Below are positions 8,803 through 19,481 of a DNA stretch of 37,132 bases, one piece after another; within the stretch, counting starts at the first letter, position 1, and each line of letters opens with the position of its first letter. The notes beneath the pieces were generated by a model, which saw only the letters and a program-made list of their open reading frames with translations, was not told where the DNA came from and did not search any database. Origin of the DNA: Nemertoderma westbladi (Eukaryota > Animalia > Xenacoelomorpha); NCBI GenBank assembly GCA_032718475.1, contig JAUCBJ010006140.1, positions 1 to 37,132 of the forward strand. The letters run 5' to 3'. The position numbers and the translations under genes were made by a program.

Positions 8803-11434
8803 CAATTATTTTAAATAATTGAATTTCTAAATTTTAGGGTTACTTTGTTACTTTACTCACTTTATTACCGTTTTTTGAGCAGTAATCCAACTGATATTGA
8901 GACCTAATGGTTGTATGGTAGGCCTACGATTTATAAATCGTTAGATTTGATTTATAATATATATATACCCGTTTTAATGGGTTTAGTCAACGTTTGAAAT
9001 AAATGTTATTATTTCCGGGGAGTAATCACTACACAAAGCGGTGCGCTTTCAGTGAAGTGTTACTTATAGGACACTAAAACAAATAATACTAATTTACCTA
9101 AGTTACGTACTAAGGTACAAATGTACAAATTACGTACAATTCGGGTGAGATTACAATCTCTAAGTAAACACAAAAATTTACAAAAAACACAAAATACGAA
9201 TTTTCAGGGTAATTTTACAAGAAGTCTACAAACCAGCCTAACAAAGGGTTAGAAATCTGGTTATTACAACGGACAGGGTACTACGGTATTTGAAAATAAT
9301 AAGTAGTAGTAAATACACTGCGTTGTCCAGATAGGAAAATACCACCGCCTGACGACCTATAGCCGTATCGCTATAGGTTCTACGTTATGTATCACGGAGT
9401 GTTCCTACCTAGAAGTTAATAGAGCTAATCGAACGTGCCTATCAACCACTTTACAACACAAATATAATGCCTACACTAATTACTTTCGGAAAGCACTGTA
9501 CACTAAACCCTAAATTAGGTACGAGTACTTGTACAACAGATAATCAGTAGTTAAAAATACTTGAACAGCTAAAAGAACCACGGCATCTGCTGGAGTGACC
9601 GATGCACAAAATCACCAGTCTTTACCTACGCCAAGCAGCCCGTGTAGTACCGGGGTTAATTTAACTATAGCGGTATGTATAACAAACACAATTATTGTAG
9701 GAATAAACTTGGGGAGTTATGTATGTTGCGAATACTCGCATAGACTCTGAATAATAAATATTACGCTACCCGTGCAGACTACACAAACAAAATACAAACC
9801 AAACGCTGGCAGACTACTATCAAGCCCAAATAAACTACAGTATATGCAGACTCCGAAATGGTTAGTTAGTATGCGTTCTAACCGAGTAGTACGACTTATT
9901 CTTTTGGGGGGGATTTACCTTACAGCACTGGATGCCCCCACCTTCCTAACTAGTACTTTATCGGACATACACTCTACACACACTGCAATCTCTTCAGACT
10001 TAACAACAGCCAGACAACAATCCAGCCTACAAATTATTTATACAATCTGAGCAGGCTTACACGCCTTCTGCTCAATATTACACTTACAAATAAATAAAAC
10101 TGACAGAAATAAGTAAAATTCCAATAAAATCAGGCGTCCCTGATTAAATATCAAGACCTACCGGTATATAATTATCAAAATCGAATAATACTGCTGTACC
10201 TGTAAGTACCGGTACCGGTAAGGTTCGGGCAGTTGGGCAGTTAGGCCTACAGCTTACCGTTTGACCGGTACCTTCGACTTTATTGCCTACGGTGCAATAA
10301 AGAATCTAAAAATCTATTATTGTTCTTACCAGAACAATAGACAACTGTATTTATTGTCTACTGTGCAATAAAGAAAAAATCTATTATTGTTCGCGCTTTC
10401 AGACCTTTAGCAGTTTAACCTGCCAATTTTAGGTGTCCTCTTGTTTATAAATCGACTTTAGCCTATAACAATTATTTAATGCACATGAAGTAACATTAGC
10501 CGAAGCCAGTCTATGCGCGATCATTCACCCACAGTTAAGGGAGACTGGATTCGGATTCTTTGACCTTATTGCGGTGTAGACCTACTGTATTATTCGATTG
10601 ATCACTACTATATAATCTCTGACAATATTATTCACTTTCGGGGAAATGTTAACAGTTCCTTTAGAATGTGGCGCTTTAAGTATAAAACAGAGTTATGACT
10701 TATACTAAACACAACGAGATGGCTACTGATTTTCGTAAATAGCGCATTCTTTAGGAGATGCTTTATTATCTGTCACACTGCTGCATACGATTTCACACTG
10801 CTGCACACTGATCTGCCGACTGTCACTGAATTTGATCATATATAAGGAGGATAGCAACTGACACATGTAGGGATTATGAAATAGCATTTAATGCACACTA
10901 AAACCACTGTAATGTAAGTCGCAATTGCTACCGGTAACCGGTCCCTCTAACCTTTAGTAATCAAGAAGATTGGGGGTTTTATGATTATTTATCGATATTC
11001 TCCCAATATAACAACATATCCATCAACATATAACCATTAATAACAGACAGTAAACAGAAGTACAATAATGCGGTGATATTCAGCCAGTATCGGTAGTACC
11101 GGTACCGCAGTTGCAGGTGCAGTATCAAAGTTGTTCACTCAGTGCAGACTGCAGAGATAATAGATTTACGTTCTTATAATCAAAGCCGTCTAATGTTGGC
11201 CAAAGTCTGAAACTTCTACCGAAGTACAGAAGAATCCTAAGCCGGTGTTCTGGGCTTAGAAAAGATACACACTGACTGAATTGCGTGGGTTTCTGTAGGC
11301 ACTGTCCAACACAAAGTGAAAATCGCTCTGATTGGCCAAGCAGAACAAAGAACAAAGAAAAGCTCCACACGGGCAGCAAATCAGCTGACAGATTTCGTCA
11401 TATGAAACTACACTCTATTTAGAGTATTTGGCGT

Positions 11435-11570
11435 ATTGCGGCATAAAATGGCTTGTTATGTCTGCTAAAACACCTACAGGGTACATTGCGGAGAAAATGG
11501 CTTGTTATGTCCGCTAAAACAACTAAACAGTTCATTGCGGAGAAAAATGACTGGTTATATCCGCAAAAGC
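11435..11570. repeat. Three ~50-bp direct repeats
   Basis: attgcgg..aaaatggcttgttatgtc.gctaaaac at about 11435, 11485 and 11534. They abut the point where LINE RT homology stops. Confidence 0.75.
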
Positions 11571-13228
11571 TTTTACAGTTTAAGCGCGTGGAGATATCCT
11601 TTAGAAGATTTCGCAAAGCGTCAATAGTAGATTTCCCAGGGGAAAATCCATATTGTTCCAGTGATATATATTTGATAAAGTTGTTTACAACCTCGTTTGT
11701 CGATTACAGAGGTTAGAGTTTTCAAGAGGACGCACAGAAGAGCTATCCCTCTATAGTTATCAGGATTTGTGATCCTGATCTGGATTTGTGGCCCTTTCCT
11801 TTGTAGATGATAATTAAGATGCTTTCTCTCCAAATTGTAGGTAGTTTGCCAATATACAAACAGGTGTTGAAAAGTAGCGTGATTGTGGTGAGAAGGACCG
11901 AGGAGGAGAGTTTTAGATGTTCGTAGTAGATTCTGTCCGGCCCACACGCCTTCTTATTGGCCGCTGAGGATATTACTTCGTTTACCTCCTGCTGAGTGAA
12001 GGGTTCGTTGTACAATTCGGTTTCTAATTGTTCGTCTTCCGATGGGCATGGCTCTTCATCACAATTGGGGGGGTTGTTCGGTACCCCAAGAAGGTTCTGG
12101 AAGTGGCTCTCCAGACAGTTGGAATCAATTGGTGCCACTGAGGGGGTGTGACTTTTGAATAGAGCCCATGGTTTGACTTCAGCTTTACCCGGAGTTACTT
12201 TACCTGGAGTTTTTCCAGCAATTGCTGGTCCTCGTATGATTGGCGTTTTCCTTTTAGTAGGTTTTTATATGATTTGCAGAGGTTCCAGAAGGTTAGTTTA
12301 TACCTGTCTGAATTATTCCGGTTATTCATTGCAACCATCAGGAAGTTCTTTGCCACTATGCAATTTGAATCGAACCAAGGTTTTCCATTGTGGTTAGTAG
12401 GGGCTCTCTTCCGGGCCATTGAGTTAACGATAATTTCCATAAGTTGAGTTGATGCCTGCTCAATGTCCATATCAGCAGTAAGTAGGTTGCAAGACATTTC
12501 CCAATGTACCATTCTGGGCCAGTTTGGAGGTGATTAACTTTCTGCTTAACGGGGTTGGGCGTTTAGTTACGGTAATTGATGGGTAGTTAAGTCTGATGAC
12601 TAAGGAAATTCGTTGGTGTTTTCGAATTGCGTTTTGAGCGATATCGACCGTTGGCAATGTCAAAGGTATGAATCCTGCGTATCGTATATATAACAGATCT
12701 ATTACACTTTCGCCTTGTGGCGATATGTATGTTGGCATGCTGCTTTGATTTAGCAGAGAACCCAATGTTGGAGAAATAATCCGTTAAGTTGTCTCCGCGC
12801 GAGCCAGCATCAAGCCGGCAGTTAAAATCTCCGCCAGCAATGATAACTTTTTTATTATCAACGAGAGATAACGCGTGCGATATGTCCAACACAATATCCT
12901 CAACCGGGAGCTCCGGGGTAAAATAAAATAGTAGGCAATATGCGCAGATAGTTTCCACTATTATGTAGTTGTTTGTATGGGATATCATGGAGGGGTTCAG
13001 TTTTGGTTTGCAAAGTTTGGTGAGGCCACCGGACGGTCGCCCTCGTCATGGTTTTGTAGCCAGTTGTATAAAAGCTGAATAAGTGCTGCTGTTAAAAGTT
13101 TCTTTAATTGAGAGGGTTTCGGTAAAATATAGTATATCATTGTCATTAAATATTTCAGAATTGTTAAAATGGTTTAATAGAAAGTCAAGACCTTCCACAT
13201 TCCACATGGATACAGATAGTTTGCTCAA
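11570..13228 (-). pseudogene. LINE ORF2 (APE endonuclease plus partial RT), disrupted
   Basis: APE motifs WNVEGL, FTET, GRPSGG, GGDFNCR, PTY...SVIDL; linker KPWFDSNC; RT motifs KACGPDRIYYEHLK, W..SILIIIYKGKG, NYRGIALL, QYGFSPGKST. These are spread over several frames with a stop at 13046. No DFxKAFD or YADD follows. Confidence 0.9.
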
Positions 13229-13258
13229 TAAGTCGTCGTTCGCTCGTGATGTGGATTG

Positions 13259-14047
13259 TCAGATAGTACTACGCACCTCCGACAGGTCAGCAGGAGCTCG
13301 GCGGGGTTTTAAGTTGAGTCTAACATGATCGGCATCGGTAAGCCGGTAGTTCCGAATAACCACACCGTCCTCCCAATTATCCGGGTCCATCAGAGAGATA
13401 CGGTCATCCTGCGTACAGGTTAAGTGGAAGGACTTGGTAAGAGGATCAGAGGCTGGAGATTCTATAAACTGGGAAATAGGGACGACATCGTCGAATGGGA
13501 GGTTCTCCTGTGTAAGGTATTCTTTGATGCGGTCAGCAGTTACTGCCAAAGAGAACCGGTCCACGTAGATATGGGCCAAGCGGGGGCCTGGAATAGGCGG
13601 ACGGGTTTTGCGAACGACGCCTAGCCCAGTTCCCGTCTGTCGGCCGAGAACTCGGGCTCGGGGGGCTGGGGTCCATGCGCGGTCGGGTCTACTTGTATTT
13701 CCATCCGGGGCACCGGATGCCGCCGCGAATTGCGGCAGGGTGGTCCTCGGTTGGGGATTGCCGGGTGCTCTAGCTGCGCTAGCATAGTTCTGGAGATCCG
13801 GGCTCGACTCCCGGATGCTGCTTCCCTTTAGTTGCGATTGCAGCTTGATGACTTTGTTTTGGAAATCTATAGTTTCTCGTTGAGACTCTGAGAGCTTACC
13901 CAAGACGATGGTGAAGAGGGTTACCATCTTGAGTAGGTTATCGGCAGCTAATCTTTCTTGGGCCATAGTAAGGTTCTTCTTATTCTCCTTCGCCAACTTG
14001 ATGGTGGACAGGACTTCCTCGCTAAGTTTAACAAATTCTTCCGCCAT
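13259..14047 (-). CDS. LINE ORF1 protein (coiled coil plus RRM-like C-terminal domain)
   Basis: ATG at 14047 (MAEEFVKL). Coiled-coil N-terminus, NYASAAR motif and C-terminal IYVDRF..T.D.IKEYL...KSFHL...LMDPDNWEDGVVIRNY, a pattern common in invertebrate CR1/L2-type ORF1. Lies immediately upstream of ORF2. Confidence 0.75.
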   Translation of the reverse strand: MAEEFVKLSEEVLSTIKLAKENKKNLTMAQERLAADNLLKMVTLFTIVLGKLSESQRETIDFQNKVIKLQSQLKGSSIRESSPDLQNYASAARAPGNPQPRTTLPQFAAASGAPDGNTSRPDRAWTPAPRARVLGRQTGTGLGVVRKTRPPIPGPRLAHIYVDRFSLAVTADRIKEYLTQENLPFDDVVPISQFIESPASDPLTKSFHLTCTQDDRISLMDPDNWEDGVVIRNYRLTDADHVRLNLKPRRAPADLSEVRSTI

Positions 14048-14246
14048 GTTGCCACAATACAGCAATATATTTAGTAAAATAAATAATCGGTAGGCCAGTA
14101 CAGCAGTACAATTATGCAGTAGCCTACTAATCCCAATCCCGCCTAGCAAATCAATCAAATTTATATTTTATAATTATTATTATTTATTATTATTTATATT
14201 AATTTATATATTTATATATATTTATATACCATTTACATTATTGCAG

Positions 14247-14489
14247 CTATTACGAGCCCTGGGGTTACACCCCTGCGGAGTGCACTGTAATGGGTGTTGC
14301 CAACGTTACCAGCAACGTTTCTGGTTTCGGTAGTTTCATACAACGTCACGTGACCACACCGACAGCCTATGGGGTTCACATAGTGGATCGACGGTTCAAG
14401 AACGGGGCGGAGGCCACTGACCAACTCGTCCAGTATCTATATGATTATTGCAAACTTAGCAGCAGACAGAGGACAGTTCTACGTAACAG
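14247..14489 (+). CDS. GYS: Glycogen synthase (GT3 family), internal exon
   Basis: Acceptor ttgcag| and donor ag|gtgggt. Encodes [16 protein letters not shown] (catalytic EX7E), [14 protein letters not shown] and [11 protein letters not shown]. Upstream exons are not seen in the window. Confidence 0.95.
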
Positions 14490-15880
14490 GTGGGTTAGGG
14501 TAACTATGGTAACACACACTCACTAAGGTACAGTGGACAGTTCTACGGTACAGGTGGGTTAGGGTAACTATGGTAACACACACTCACTAAGGTACAGAGG
14601 ACAGTTCTACGGTACGGGTGGGTTAGGGTAACTATGGTAACACACACTCACTAAGGTACAGAGGACAGTTCTACGTAACAGGTGGGTTAGGGTAACTATG
14701 GTAACACACACTCTACTAAGGTACAGAGGACAGTTCTATGTAACAGATGGGTTAGGGTAACTATTGTAACACACACTCACTAAGGTACAGAGGACAGTTC
14801 TACGTAACAGGTGGGTTAGGGTAACTATGGTAACACACACTCACTAAGGTACAGAGGACAGTTCTACGGTATAGGTGGGTTAGGGTAACTATGGTAACAC
14901 ACACTCACTAAGGTACAGAGGACAGTTCTATGGTATAGGTGGGTTAGGGTAACTATGGTAACACACACTCACTAAGGTACAGAGGACAGTTCTACGTAAC
15001 AGGTGGGTTAGGGTAACTATGGTAACACACACTCACTAAGGTACAGAGGACAGTTCTACGGTACAGGTGGGTTAGGGTAACTATGGTAACACACACTCAC
15101 TAAGGTACAGAGGACATTTCTACGGTATAGGTGGGTTAGGGTAACTATGGTAACACACAGTCACTAAGGTACAGAGGACAGTTCTACGGTACAGGTGGGT
15201 TAGGGTAACTATGGTAACACTCACTCACTAAGGTACAGAGGACAGTTCTACGGTACAGGTGGGTTAGGGTAACTATGGTAACACACACTCACTAAGGTAC
15301 AGAGGACCAGTTCTACAACGTAACAGGTGGGTTAGGGTAACTATGGTAACACACACTCTACTAAGGTACAGAGGACAGTTCTATGGTACGGGTGGGTTAG
15401 GGTAACTATGGTAACACACACACACTAAGGTACAGAGGACAGTTCTACGGTACAGGTGGGTTAGGGTAACTATGGTAACACACACTCACTAAGGTACAGA
15501 GGACCAGTTCTACGTAACAGGTGGGTTAGGGTAACTATGGTAACACACACTCACTAAGGTACAGAGGACAGTTCTACGGTACAGGTGGGTTAGGGTAACT
15601 ATGGTAACACACACTCACTAAGGTACAGAGGACAGTTCTACGTAACAGGTGGGTTAGGGTACTATGGTAACACACACTCACTAAGGTACAGAGGACAGTT
15701 CTACGGTACAGGTGGGTTAGGGTAACTATGGTAACACACACTCACTAAGGTACAGAGGACAGTTCTACGGTACAGGTGGGTTAGGGTAACTATGGTAACA
15801 CACACTCACTAAGGTACAGAGGACAGTTCTACGGTACAGGTGGGTTAGGGTAACTATGGTAACACTCACTCACTAAGGTA
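14467..15880 (+). repeat. 64-bp minisatellite, ~22 copies, spanning the GYS exon end and splice donor
   Basis: Unit cagaggacagttctacg(ta/gt)acaggtgggttagggtaactatggtaacacacactcactaaggta. The first two unit starts are at 14467 and 14531. Confidence 0.97.
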
Positions 15881-16298
15881 ACTTTTGCGGATGCTCTCGA
15901 GTCACTTGATTAAATTAATTAAAATACATTATTTCGTACCGTACCGTACTTTACATATTCTATTTATATTAACTTTGTGCTTTATTTGAATCTATTTTAC
16001 TATGTTCCTTTGGAATGAATTAAACAATAATAATAATAATAATACGGTACTGAACTTTGTTCTCATTGGAACAGCCAATGATCCATTTATTTGTATATTT
16101 AGTAGGGGATTACACTCTCACCATATTCCAATTTATTCCCGATACTGGGAACTTTTATTTAGGGATGTGTTACCAAATCATTATTATTCCGAAAAATGAA
16201 ATATTTAAAGGATTCACAGCTGTATTAAGTATTAAATTAGGGGTAGGTTGAATTAGTTGAGCAAATTAGTTGATATTAACGTTATTCTATTTTACCAG

Positions 16299-16525
16299 AA
16301 CTGAACGATTGAGTCCGTTACTTGACTGGAGACATTTAGCTGTCGAATACATGCGGTCTCACATTGAAGCTCTGTACAGAAAGTACCCAGGGCAAATGGC
16401 CAAGTTGACAAACAAACTGGAAACTATGCAATGCACAGTGACGAGGAAAGCACCAAAACCTCGGTCCAGTTCATCTCACGTCACACCGAAACTACACGAT
16501 CTACCATTGGACGACTTTACCGACG
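16299..16525 (+). CDS. GYS: Glycogen synthase, next exon
   Basis: Acceptor tttaccag| joins in phase (AG|A = Arg) to give RNRTERLSPLLDWRHL, matching the conserved RNRTERLSDLLDW. Donor g|gtgagt at 16526. Confidence 0.92.
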
Positions 16526-16892
16526 GTGAGTCATCGCGGAGAAAGGCGGTAGATATTATACGTTAGACTATATATTAGACTTTATACGACAGGTGAAAAT
16601 GCTTTATAAGGCGTTTGTGAATACTGTAGCAGCAGTGCTTGTATCGCTGTAACCGGGAAGGCTGACACTATCGGTTATCGTTAAGTTACTGGGTCGGACG
16701 ACTCTGCATCTTAGTGCAAACTGACCATCGTCATTATTATAAATAAATAAATAAAAATCACATGAATTAGCATTTATTTGATAAAAAATCATACGATGGC
16801 AAAATAATAGGCGAGAAATGACTTAAGTGCTTACAACAGATTTACACTTCTGTCTCTCTCGCCAGTAAACTTTCTCATTGAATATATTCCAG

Positions 16893-17083
16893 GGAGTGAT
16901 AGAGAGTATAACACATGTACCGCAGACTGTAGTGCGTGTGGTAAAGGACCAGCCAACCCGAACTGTCCGAGAACGAAAAGTCTATCGCCAGCCAGAGGGG
17001 CAAATGGCGTCCGATATCCTGGCCAATCAGCGGGCCGGTCGACAACCAACCAGCCGAGCAAGCCGAGTAAGGGGAGGAGTTAA
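16893..17083 (+). CDS. GYS: Probable terminal exon of glycogen synthase
   Basis: Acceptor ttccag| is phase-compatible (G|GG), the exon is GC-rich and open to TAA at 17081-17083 (GSDREYNTCTADC...KGRS*). No recognisable homology, as expected for the variable tail. Confidence 0.6.
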
Positions 17084-17337
17084 TTAATGGCTCTATCTGT
17101 AGTCTCTATATAAAGAGTCGCCTTATAGCGTTTCTTTGTTTCATTTAGAAATTTTATGATTTGTTTCAAAATATAAAATTTTTATTTTTAATTTCCTGAA
17201 TAATATTCCATATGTATTTATTTTAATGTTTTGTTTTTAATATAATAATTATTTATAGGCTGCTAAACTAACAACAATACATTTCCAACACTTTTATTTC
17301 TGCTAATTACGTAGAAATAACGCGGCCGCTATGCGAG

Positions 17338-17878
17338 TTAAACTCCGGTTCGGAGAAATTTAATAAGTAAACTCGCCAGATCGTCTTCCTGTAGCGGCCA
17401 GGAGAAGAGAAGTTGTTCGGTAAAACCTCCGACACCCTTCCCCGGCCACCTGCATGCACTGCTGGGGTAGCAACGGTCGGAGTTTCTTCCGCGCGCGTTC
17501 GAGGAAGTCGACCAGAGAGCCGGAGAGTTGGCTCGCGACGCGGACCGTGAACAGAAGTCGCACCTCCGAGAGTCCCAGACCCGCCAGGGCGCGTTCCGGT
17601 TCCACAACCCGCATCCCTTTATCGGTAACGACGAGAGTTGAGGAGAGGAGTCGAGGTTTCTTCGACGAGACATCGCGTTTCGCTTCCTCCTCCCAATGGC
17701 GTTTAAGTGACTCAGTAGAAACCTCCACCGGCATGTTATGTTGGGTTTTAATAATAACGCGAACTCCGTTCGCCGGTTTGTAACAAGCAATATCGAATTC
17801 CTTCTCTATTCTTCCCTCTAAGAACTCCATTGTGTGGTCCTCCCCGTGAACCAACAAACAGTTACTGGGTTGGCGACA
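17338..17878 (-). pseudogene. INTS11: 3' fragment of Integrator subunit 11 (CPSF3L) with a frameshift
   Basis: LLVHGEDHTMEFLEGRIEKEFDIACYKPANG, KKPRLLSSTL and ERALAGLGLSEVRLLFT resemble recalled INTS11 segments (LLVHGEAKKMEFL...CYMPANG, KKPRLLHGTL, EQALKELGLAEHQLRFT). The terminal LLFSWPLQEDDLASLLIKFL (compare LLVSWTYQDEELGSFL) is in another frame. No 5' exons were seen. Gene identity is more certain than pseudogene status. Confidence 0.8.
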
Positions 17879-17928
17879 TCCATAGGAAATTTAAAATGTA
17901 TTCTTGGGAGTTAAATAGAGAAAGATGT

Positions 17929-17995
17929 CACGTGGTGTCACGTGATATATACGCCACAATGACTGATGTATTGTGTCACGTGGTATATACGCCAC
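17929..17995 (+). repeat. Left remnant (~1.5 units) of the 40-bp satellite
   Basis: gtcacgtgatatatacgccacaatgactgatgtattgtgtcacgtggtatatacgccac, the same unit as the 19482-22997 array. Confidence 0.9.
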
Positions 17996-19481
17996 TACTA
18001 CAGTACTACTAGGATCGGCATGCTGCATTGCAGCTGCATTTTTAAGAATGCTGTGCCGGCTTATCGACAAAATTGCACCGCCACAACTCCCTATCACCCA
18101 TGACATTTGCTAGATCATCCGCATCTTCAAGGCCAGTGTCCTTTAAGATGCGTCTCAAGAAAGTCATGGGCTGTCCACCATGCTTATTCACTCCATGAGG
18201 CTGCCCAATTACAAGATTATGCACTGGTTGGTCCTCACGGCGAAAGCAATGTCCTGCAAAGCGGAGGCGATTTTGTTCTAGTGTCAAGCTTGGCGGAACC
18301 AATGAGACACCTCCAATGTTATATAGTGTCTGGTTGGAGATGTGTGCATTGTACTTGACACAATGAACCCGGCGTAGCATTCTTGTGAATGTGCCATCCA
18401 GAGATTTGGTGTCCTCAGCTGTTAGAGCCCAGCATGGTCTCCCATAGAGGAGTACTGGAACTACTGCTGCTCTAAATAATCGGACCTTAAGTTTCCGATT
18501 AATTCTCGGTGACTTCCAAATCCTGGAAAGCCTTTTCAAGGCTGCCCATGCCTTTCCCTTACGTATTCGAAGGTCATCACCTGACTTCCGGATCCATGAT
18601 CCCAGGTAACAGAAGTCGTCCACATGCTCAAGCATACCATCTTTTGAGCTTATGCTCATCCGATCAGAGACTTGCTGAGGAATTTCAAAGTTAACTGTCA
18701 AAATTTTGGTCTTTCTGGAGTTAATAAAAAGACCAACACTAGAAGCAGCATGTTCTAATTAGCTGAGGAGCCGTTGGGCTCCCTCTAGTGATTCTGAGAG
18801 TACTCCTAAGTCATCAGCAAAGTCTAGATCAGTTAGGTACTTGGTAGGATTTCCTTGACTTCTGGAGCCAGTAGGTGGAGTTATCATCACCCCATCATCA
18901 TTATGATGATCTAAGGACATGCGTAGAACATAGTCAACCACAATTATGAACAAGAATGGTGCAAGTGTGTCTCCCTGGAGGACGCCCCATAACACTTCAA
19001 ATGGTTCTGTGTCACCGTCAACAGTAGACACAAATGTTGTCGAACCATCGTATACTGATCTGATTGCTGCAATAATTTCATCAGGAATCCCATATAATGA
19101 AAGTATGCTGAACATACGTGAGCGAGAGACTGAATCAAAGGCCTTGAAGAAGTCAACAAAGATAACAGCCAGATGCCTGTCTTTCTTTTTTGATAACTCT
19201 TCAATTATCCTTCTAAGTACCAAAATGGGCTCCATGGTCCCACGACCTTTACGGAACCCATTCTGATTTCCACGGAGCAGTCTCTCAATGGGATCCCTGA
19301 TGCGATTTAATATAATTATATTGTATAGCTTTGCAGCAATCGAGATCAATGAGATTCCTCGAAAAGAACCATAGAGTGTTAGGTTGCCCTTCTTGGGAAC
19401 TGGCACCAACTTATTTGTTTTCATTTCTTGTGGGACTCTTGTTGTACGGTACATGTCTACTATGATGGGATAGATGAGCTT
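17996..19481 (-). mobile_element. 5'-truncated RTE-clade LINE (RT plus C-terminal region, one premature stop)
   Basis: PKKG..FRGISL, QNGFRKGR, VDFFKAFD, GVLQGDTLAPFLF, LDFADDL, FCYLGS, PVLLYG, RLRFAGH, DRELWR. In-frame TAA at 18759, with both halves in the same frame. (TAG)-type tail at about 18012-17996. Candidate TSD tatatac(g/a)ccac at 17984-17995 and 19482-19493. Confidence 0.93.

Larger units (their letters stand above)
11570..14160 (-). mobile_element. Decayed non-LTR retrotransposon (LINE; CR1/L2/Daphne-like), 3'-truncated
   Basis: ORF1 is followed by an APE endonuclease and the first part of an RT, broken by stops and frameshifts. The clade assignment is tentative. Confidence 0.88.

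Noticed and set aside
9617-9633. Possible tRNA-Ser primer binding site (minus TGGCGTAG)
   Set aside because: Only about 8 nt match, and it is not preceded by an LTR-terminal CA.
10280-10392. Short ~45-bp imperfect duplication (a similar case at about 29090-29215)
   Set aside because: Two-copy local duplications with no termini or other supporting structure.
14490-15850. Telomeric sequence (GGGTTAGGG in each 64-bp unit)
   Set aside because: There is only one TTAGGG per unit, inherited from the intron start. It is not a telomeric tract.
16878-17087. 69-aa ORF as the GYS terminal exon frame
   Set aside because: Splice phase from the 16525 donor selects a different frame, ending at 17083.
17437-17449. 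13-nt GT..AG micro-intron (GTGGCCGGGGAAG on minus) that would restore the INTS11 frame
   Set aside because: It is shorter than the smallest spliceosomal introns I know of (about 15-16 nt in Stentor), and other introns here are hundreds of nt or more. A deletion is simpler. RNA reads would settle it.
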